From NCBI RefSeq assembly GCF_006345805.1, contig NC_042999.1:96410001-96474000 (forward strand): DNA of 64,000 nt. Reading direction: 5' to 3'. Below, piece after piece: positions 54,893 to 64,000 of the stretch (the first letter of the stretch is position 1; each line of letters opens with the position of its first letter). The position numbers and the translations under genes were made by a program. Origin of the DNA: Octopus sinensis. Taxonomy: Eukaryota. Under the pieces are notes generated by a model that had not been told where the DNA came from, did no database searches, and saw only the letters and a list, made by a program, of their open reading frames with translations.

Positions 54893-55391
54893 ACTTTAAC
54901 TCTTTTATATACTCTTTAACTCTTTTACTTGTTTTAATCATTTTACTGTAGTCATGCTGGAGCACGGCTTTGAAAATTTTTTTAGTCGAACAAATCAAAC
55001 CCAGGACTTATTTTTTAAGCCTAGTACTTATTCTTTCGATCTCTTTTGCCGAACCTGTAAATTACAGAGACGTGAACACACCAACACCGTTTGACAAGCG
55101 GTGATGGGGCGGGGACAAATACAGACACAAAGACACACACGCAAGACTATATAGATATATATGGATATACATATATATTTATATATGTAACTGAAAGAAG
55201 CCCGTCGTGTGTATGTATGGATATATATATATATACATGACGGGATTCTTTCAGCTTCCGTCTACCAAATCTGCTCACAAGGTACTAGTCGGCCTGAGGC
55301 TACAGTAGAAGACGCTTGCCCAAAGTACCGCGCAGTGGAACTGAGCCCTGGTTGAGAAGCAAGCTTCTTACAACACAGCCGAGCCTGCGTC
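54893..55391 (-). mobile_element. Family B SINE, reverse orientation, full length
   Basis: From the tail (ctcttttacttgttttaatcattttactgtagtcatgctggagcacggc) to the head (cacagccgagcctgcg). The internal ctgaaagaagcccgtcg motif appears duplicated and inverted around a (TA)n tract. Confidence 0.82.
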
Positions 55392-55454
55392 TTGAAAAAT
55401 ATGAAAAATATGAACTAACTCACTAGGTTCTACACACCACACACACAACACACA

Positions 55455-55514
<60 letters not shown>

Positions 55515-55530
55515 ACACACACACACATAT

Positions 55531-56125
55531 GCCAGCTGGCACAACTGGATGATTAAGAAGTTCGCTTTGCGACCATAGGATTTCGGGATCGATCTTACCT
55601 ACAGTGTGGCAACTTTGGCAAGTGTAGTTATGATAAACTCCGTCAACCCACAATCCAAGCATCGTGTAGACCGTTTAGAAGACTGTCGAGTGGGTTGCAC
55701 CAGCGATTGAAAAGTCATGCCTACACACTCACCGTGTCACGTTGATTCTACATCAAAATTGTATTAAAAGTATGCATGGCAAGAGAATATTCAACCATAT
55801 TGCAACGAGTAGATTGTCCATTTGATTACAAAACCTAGGTACTCATGCTACCTTGGAGAAGTGTATTCTATTATAGTCCCGGGCCAACTAAAGTCTTTGA
55901 GTGGATTTGTTAGACGGAAACTAGAAGAAACCCGTTGTGTATGTGTGCGTGTGTTTATTCCTCACGACAGATTGTATAAGTCTCTATAACTTAGTGGTTT
56001 GTTCCAAGAGTTCGATAGAATGAGAACCAGGCTTTAGAAAAATAAATACTTGGATTGATTCGTTCGACTAAATCCTTTCAGCTAAGTGCCCCAGTATCAC
56101 CGCAGTCAAATGGCTGAAACAACTA
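55531..56125 (+). mobile_element. Family B SINE, decayed and interrupted
   Basis: Head-like gccagctggcacaactggatgattaagaag, core gtggatttgttagacggaaactagaagaaacccgttg and tail gccccagtatcaccgcagtcaaatggctgaaacaac. Confidence 0.65.
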
Positions 56126-56758
56126 GGAGATAAATGTTATAATTACAACATACATACATACATACATACATACATACATACATACATACATACATACATA
56201 CTTACATACATACATACATACATACATGCATGCATACATACATACATACATACATACATACATACATACATACATACATACATGCGTTCTCAAATAAAGA
56301 GGAACAACAAATTTCAACCAAATACTTGATGTACAAAAAGGGCAGACGTGCGGGGAAAACTCCAAAATGTCATAATCGATGCAGATTTTGTGGAGTTAAC
56401 ATCCACATCATAATCAGTTGTCCAAAAATATTGTCGTAGTATTGTCTACCGATCAGACATGATGTTGTAGCCAGGACACTATTTTAGTATACATGAGCAT
56501 GTATAGATATGCAAGTACATACATGAGAATACAAACATAAAGCAAAACATATAAAGCTGCAATTGTACTGGCTCCAAATATTTCACATATACACATGCAA
56601 AAAATACCCTGCTGATGTTGTTGAAATTCCAATGAAGGAACTAGGTTAGAAACCGACTCTTCCTCTATTGAAATAAAACTAAATAATGACATATCTACAT
56701 ACCCCCCCACACACACACTCTCTCTCTCTTTCTCTCTCTTTCTCTCTCTTTCTCTCTT

Positions 56759-56793
<35 letters not shown>

Positions 56794-57499
56794 AGAACAG
56801 CTTCTCTTTTCTATATGTATAGAAAATATAAATGTGTAGTTTTATAATTTTTATCAAGGTTTTATACCCATATTTTCATTGGGATTTTTTGCATTGTATT
56901 GGGAATAGTAAAGTTCCTGAAAACTCTCATCAATGTTTCCAATCCTTCGCGGTATTATTTTCTGGATAAAGTGATTTGGGAGTATGACACAAGATGACGT
57001 CAAGAAATTAGAGGCAAACAACTCCATATAAAAAAAATTATCAATACAATGACTGAAGTTCTCAATTTAAATATAACTAAATAACAAAAAAAACATCATG
57101 TCCGTTTAGAGCAAAGATAGAAATAAATGTCTGTACTAACGTAGAAAAAGAGCAAATGCTTACACAGATATAAAATGTCAGTAATGACATCCCTACTTTT
57201 AATAGCATTTAGATACGCCTCCACAACCGAAGAACTCAATGATATAATCCCCAGAACAAAATAAACACTTATCAACAACATGTAATCTAACAAGCCATAG
57301 AACGACGCCAGCACAAATACAACGCAACAAATACACCAAACACCGCAGACATAAAAAATACCCAAAGTATATATCACTTGCTTTATATGAACTAAATGTT
57401 TATAACTACAATCTAGATTCAGTATTTGGAGTTGGAAACAGTCTAAATAAATTCTTTAATTTCCACCTCTTTTATAGTATCAACGTATTCTGAGATCTT

Positions 57500-58100
57500 C
57501 CGTCTTTTGCACACCCACTGAACGAGAGTCTCGTTTACTGTCACCAAGAGGAACATTTTCTATAAGAATTCCATTGTTTATATGATTGATAGCGTAATGT
57601 GTATATGCAATGATCTCATCTCAAAACAACGTGGCCTGATATTTCCTTTGAAAAGTATGGTAGCCCTCACTTTTCCTATCTCTCAAAACTTCAATTTTGA
57701 ACTAACAAAATTAATTGCATTCATACTGAGCAAAACATTATTTCTTTCGCATATTCAGAAAAAATGGTACAATCAATATAAACTGATCGATATCATTAAT
57801 GACTAAAACTTTCCAAAATTTCATTGATGGTCAACCAAAAGTTTTTAGTTTGAGATTATATTCCCTTCAGTATAGTTAATTCAAATTCATCCAGCATTCT
57901 ATACGAATCCACCCAGAAGTTCTGAGATAATACTCTTATATGACTACCAATATAAACATGCATCTTAATATTAAAATTACTGAATTACTTATTGATCATT
58001 TTTGTATTGCTTTAGGAGACTTTCGTGAATTCTTGCAGTGACTCTATAACTTCGTTTACAATTATTTCAGAGCCGTATTGAAAATTCACAATTCATATTT
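57500..58100 (-). mobile_element. Possible decayed hAT-family transposase C-terminus
   Basis: Stop-riddled fragments KNFWLTINE...VPFF*ICER...SMNAINFVSSKLK...NIRPR loosely fit the hAT dimerisation-domain pattern (FW...P.L...CER.FS.M..IK). Confidence 0.25.
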
Positions 58101-59871
58101 GGTCCAAAAACAACGACGTGAAAAGTAACCAAGAATCGAAATTATTGCTTTGTACTCACTCGGTTGGTTGAATAATTGTACATGTCACAAATTGAATTCA
58201 GTGCCGTGTCTTAACTTAAATAGTTAAACAGTATCTATTTCCACAAGATTTTTAATGCATTCTGCGTTTAATACATTTACAATAAATTAACAAGGGCTTT
58301 TCAAGTCGATAGTTTCTCTAATTTATTCTCTAAAAAGTTTTAGACTTCTACATCTACTAGTCTACATTCCGATAATTTCCTTCGTGATTTTCTCATCGTT
58401 ACTTCGGTGAGCACATTGAAGTCTATGCTTCGCAGATTAGATCATATGAAATAGCGAAAAATGTCCAGAAGTACGTCCTCCAATTTACAATATTATTTGT
58501 CAATGACTAATGTTGTTCGTTTTCTTTTCGTCGCACAATTACTTCATCTTATTTTTTCGATGATCACTATATTAAATATATTTGACAAAACCCAATGCAT
58601 TTATATAGTTGATCTCAATCGGAATCGATAACAGCCACATTTTACGATTTGAATGATTTCCTCCCTACCCAACAGGGATTATTAATGTTCATAATTTCAT
58701 TCTTTCACCGAGAAGGTCAAAATATAATTAAATGATAGTTAAAAAAAGAGAAACTCCAGATGCAGTTTCGAATGCGGTATAACAAAGAAACTAGTAGCAT
58801 TAAGAGTTAGGAGTGCGAGTAGTGATACTGACACAGTCAAATATACGAAACCTGCTCGCTGACTTTACTCAGCAGGAGCTTACTATCTCTTCGCAGTACT
58901 CGCACCTAGCTTCAAGAAACTAGATGAGATTAAAAGATGAATATTTTAACAAGTGTTAGAATATTTGTAGCTGAGTGTAAACCGAACAACGATATTATTT
59001 TTGTACTAAGATGACATCAAACCAACACGTTCTTGTCTTTTACGGCGGGGGTGGGCTTTTTGTTGAAATTGCGAGTACATCAATTGTCAAGTTGTTGGGT
59101 GGTCTGAGACCTACCCCTGACACATCCTCACAATAACTGCCTATAGTAGTTACCCAACCGATCAAGCTGGCATCATTATGACCTAAAAGCTTAATCCAAA
59201 TTGTTCATGGGTCAGTTTTGCTGCTGTGATTTCAATGTCAAGGAAGTAAGAGCTAGGGTAGGGGACTTGTTGCTGTTAACTAACTGTAAATGTCACACTG
59301 ACAGGATTTGTTTCGGCAGAGTTGATAACTGTTAAAACAGAAAGCTCTCAGGCATCCTGAATGTAAAGGGATGAGACAGAGTGAATGCTTAAAAAATATA
59401 GCATCTGACTAAATTGATAAAGTGAGACTGTACTTGTGAAAGATTATCAGTTACTGCTAGTTAAATTAAGCTATGACAGAGTCAATAAATTTTATTAAGA
59501 ATAGATCACAGTAGAATTGGGTTTAGACTTGGTGGACCCTAGACTATGTAAAATTTGAAAATTCTTTGCTAAAAATATATACTAGGTATTGCAAAAATGG
59601 AAAACATAAATGTCCTTTAAGTTATTCTGAGGTCTCTGCGGATTGTGGGATCATAAGATTCTGCTTCTTTAGCGCAAAACTAAATTAGGCATTGCATCAC
59701 ATCAACGGTACTAATTTGTGTACTTTTCGATTTATTACTGGACTATTTACCAATACAGTCAGTAGCAGCTCATAAAACTTATAGAACTGAAAGACTTTGA
59801 CGAATCTTTTCCCAGCAACTATAGGAAATGTTTTATCGATACACGCATATACGTTTGTTAATGTGTATATA

Positions 59872-59911
<40 letters not shown>

Positions 59912-61272
59912 GTTATGTATGTATGTATGTATGTATGTATGTATGTATGTATGTATGTATGTATGCATGTATGTATGTATGTATGTATGTATGTATATAT
60001 GTATGTGTGTATGCGCGCGTCCGCACCTGTGTGTATGTGTGTTCGTTTAATCCTTTAGGATTAAGTAAGTTAAGTATCATCCCGTGCTGGTGGGTTGCCT
60101 GTATTTACAAAGCGTCAAACAGGACGCCTTGCTGTATTTGTTTCGTTTTAAGTGTAGATATCACTTGGATATAAAAACCGATTACATTTCTGTCAGTGAC
60201 TGCAACCGATAGATATTATCAAGAATTGCAAACCTTTGGGGAACATAACTCTTTTTGACATGATCAGAAACTTCCCTGCGATGCGTTGCAATGCTAATTT
60301 CTTTTGTTATGATTGCGAACTATTCTTACCTATAATTTATATAAGTATAACTATCATTTTCTGTACGTTGACTTCCGTTGCCATATTTGAGGTTAATTTC
60401 GGTTATCAGTATTCTTATAAAATCTTTTACAAAACAAATCGATCGTATTTATGCCTTTGATGTTTCGACTGCTTCGTATGTCAAACGGTTTCTACTGCAT
60501 GGAAATTATATTTATTTTTTCTTTGAATATGACATTTTATGAAAGCATTGTCTCAAGATTTATGATGAAAGCATTATATCTCTACAAATATCTGGAGGAG
60601 ATATAGAATTTATATGCATGTATTTCAATGTAGCTTCGCTTCATTTTCAAGTGTCATCGTTCTATTTCTACCTATATATCATTATAATATTCTGCTAAAC
60701 CTGATATATTTTCTCTTTTACTGATCTGTATGCTAATTGCTTTTCATAAAAGAAGTATCTTTATCACGTCTGTAAAGTGTTTCTACCTATAATTTCTATG
60801 ACAACTTATTATTGAAAAAGTTGATTTTGATCTGAGTACTCTTCTAAAGTTTTCCCCACAGCAAACCGAGGGTTTGTTTGTATGTATGTATGTATGTATG
60901 TATGTATGTATGTATGTATGTATGTATGTATGTATGTATGTATGTATGTTTGTATGTTTGTATGTATGTATGTAAGCATTAATTATGTTTGTCATTATCC
61001 AGCTTGATTTCAAGATTTCTTGCCTATAGAGAAAGAGCAAGTTTCTAACTTAGACCTAAGGTTCATTTAATGGAATTTTGTATGTATGTATGCATATGTG
61101 CAGATTTGTATGTTTTGCTTTATGTATTCTCATGCAAACAGTTGCATGTCTAGACATGCTCATATGTGTATGTATGCATGTATGTACGTATATATGCATG
61201 TATATATGTATGTTTGCGTGTGTGTGTGTGTGTTTGTGTGTTTGTGTGTGCGTGTGTGTGTGTGTTTATTTG

Positions 61273-61375
<103 letters not shown>

Positions 61376-61739
61376 ATAGATATGTGTGTGAATGCACACA
61401 TATATAGTGCATGACCCTGTGGTTTGGGCACTGGACAAACAATTACAAATCCGATTTGTCCTTAAGTAAAGAACTGTTATTTCGCGATTTCCCAGTCTAC
61501 TTAGCTGCAAATAGTACCAACTGAGTGCTGGTGTAACACTTTCTTCATACTGCTCTCACATTTTGGATGAAGGGAGGGGAGGCCTAGAGGGTAACTAAGT
61601 CTGCACATGACTATATGGGTACCGAAAGAAAAATAATAATTAGCAGTAGCCCAATTACATATTATACCAAATCATACTGCCTTCTGTGGTTTATTGTATT
61701 ATTGTGTGTTGCGTCTATTGTATATGTGTGCATACATAG

Positions 61740-61808
61740 ATGATTATATTTGTGTGTGCATTATATATATATATATATGTACATATATATATCTATGTAT
61801 ATATATAC

Positions 61809-61857
<49 letters not shown>

Positions 61858-61884
61858 TACATATATACGTATATATATACGTAT

Positions 61885-61964
<80 letters not shown>

Positions 61965-62289
61965 TATGTATATATATATATATATTATATATATATATAT
62001 ATAAACATATGTATATAAATGTATACATATATATGTATGTATATAGTGCACACTTGCATGCATAAATACATGCACACACACACACATGTATATAGTATTA
62101 CTAGGGTATTCAGTAGATATGAATATATCTATGTGTATGTTTCTGTCTACACACATGCGTACACGTACACTTTAATACACATATATACGTGTGCACATAC
62201 ACATAGAAGTAGATACATGTGTGACTATCTATATTTGTATGTATATTTATACGTATGTTTATATTTGCTTAAATATTCATGTCTATGTG

Positions 62290-62334
<45 letters not shown>

Positions 62335-62340
62335 ATATGC
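61740..62340. repeat. (TA)n/(TG)n compound array
   Basis: Directly visible. Confidence 0.95.
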
Positions 62341-64000
62341 ATAATTTCACATCCCTCACTTACATACAAACGCATGCACACATACACACACACTCCGCCA
62401 ATCCTTGACATGTATCAAAAGATCTCGCTTCACCACTTTCTGTTTCTTTTACTTTTACAGTGAATGACATTGACTCATGTTTCGATATTTACAATAGTGC
62501 ATCTTCTGTCCCTCAACGACCTTCTTTTACTTTTATCTCTTGCTTTTCGTCTTCACCATTTCTTTCGCATTGTTTTCGTACGTTTTTAATGTCCTCCTTG
62601 TTTTTTTTCATAGTTTAGTTTTTCTGTGTAACTTATCTCTGTCATGCCCTCTCCTCTATTCTCTTTATGGCAATAAATGTAAAATATTAACGATGCTATT
62701 TCTATCTCTTCATTTTCTTCTTCTCCTTTATCTTCTTTTTCTTTCTCCCTTTCTTTTTATCTTTTAGGAGGAAAGACAGTGCCCATGTCCTTCTACAGGG
62801 CTTCGGTGACTGGTTGATGGAGGGAGGAAGGTATCCTCAAACTGGAGACTGTTAAAGGCACACAAGGTGCAGTACTTCCCATTCTGTTATTTAAATCGAC
62901 CGGCTTGCCTACATCCGTCTTTTTCATTCATTTTGACCAACCATAGTGGATTTTAACTCCCGATTATAATACAAATGTCTAAAACAGACAACCATAGCCT
63001 TGCAATCAGACGCCGCAGTTTTCAATGAATTTCCCTTAACTACATTTAGCATCCCGAGGTTACTTTCTGTTATTGCTTAAAATTGATTGATTTTTATGTT
63101 AGCTTTCAGAGGTGATATCCAGTGTTCCCGTGAAACTTGCTTGATGAGAGAAGAGTGCTACTACACCGCTGACTTGCTCTTACTAAACAGCATAGATTCA
63201 AATTTGTCAGCAATCTCCTTTTAACGTAGAGAATAGCAATGTTACCATCTCAACTATTTTTTTTTAGTGTCAGATAGAATATTATTGTTAATAAATGGTC
63301 TAATTGTTTAATAATAATGTATTACAGGATGATTACGAGCTGTCATGTAGTAAACTGAAGTTACTATATGCCCGTGTCATTCGTGATATGTAGCTATCAA
63401 TAAGAGTTCATTTAGATTTACCTGGTGTCATGGGCTTAAAGTGAGGTAGAGAGTCCGTCAGTTTATTTCTTTCAGGTGCAATGAATCCAAGAAGAGAACA
63501 TTAGTAGATGTGTATGTCAGAAGTACGATTGACCAGGTGCAAATTCATTATATAACTGATTTACGAAAGGAATGTTGCTAGTGAGCAGAAAAAGAGAGGG
63601 ACTGACAACTGAGCACTCTTTGCTTCTTACTGTTGATATCTACGTTATTTATGGTGATGCACCAGAATATTTACCTGAGTTGACGATGTAAATACCTTAG
63701 CGTGTCAAATGTTCAATGAAACATCAGCTGGTCAGTGGATCATAAAATGTTCAGTGAACAAAAAGCGCAAAATGGATCATAAACTCGTCAGTGGATTATA
63801 AACTCTTCTAAGGACCATAAAGTCACCACTGACTCAAGAAGTAAAAAATTTAATCTGAATAAAAGTTTGATTTGTTATTATTTTTCCATGAAATGACCTT
63901 GGCTTCTTGTAATGTCAGGCTTCAACAGGCTGAAATTTTCTCTCCGAACTACCCGAGTTAAACTTCCGCCGATATTGGAATGTCTCTCCAAATTAAGTTC

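Noticed and set aside
57096-57377. Hydrophobic 93-aa minus-strand ORF (membrane-protein-like)
   Set aside because: The hydrophobicity follows from the A/C-rich plus strand. There is no recognisable domain, ATG context or splice support.

Overview
AT-rich, microsatellite-saturated eukaryotic DNA, most likely from an octopus or other coleoid cephalopod. This is inferred from the insulin-like peptide sequence and the tRNA-derived SINE landscape. The only convincing host protein-coding feature is one minus-strand exon (27095-26859, CDS from 27087) of a molluscan insulin-like peptide. It encodes a signal peptide, a B chain with the extra molluscan Cys, an RQRR furin site and the start of the C peptide. 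The exon has a strong acceptor in the 5' UTR and a phase-1 GTAAGT donor, which is the classic insulin gene layout. I found no A-chain exon in the 26.8 kb downstream and no certain first exon, so most of the window is probably intronic or flanking sequence of this gene. The rest is SINE copies (three recurring families), decayed LINE fragments (CR1, RTE, Tx1/L1, RLE-type, possibly I/Nimb), a DD37D-like Tc1/mariner fragment, two mariner-type MITEs, Penelope-like remnants (one with a hammerhead-like core), several strong hairpins and simple repeats. Almost all ORFs in the supplied track are microsatellite artefacts. All alignments were done by eye; no database searches or folding calculations were run.
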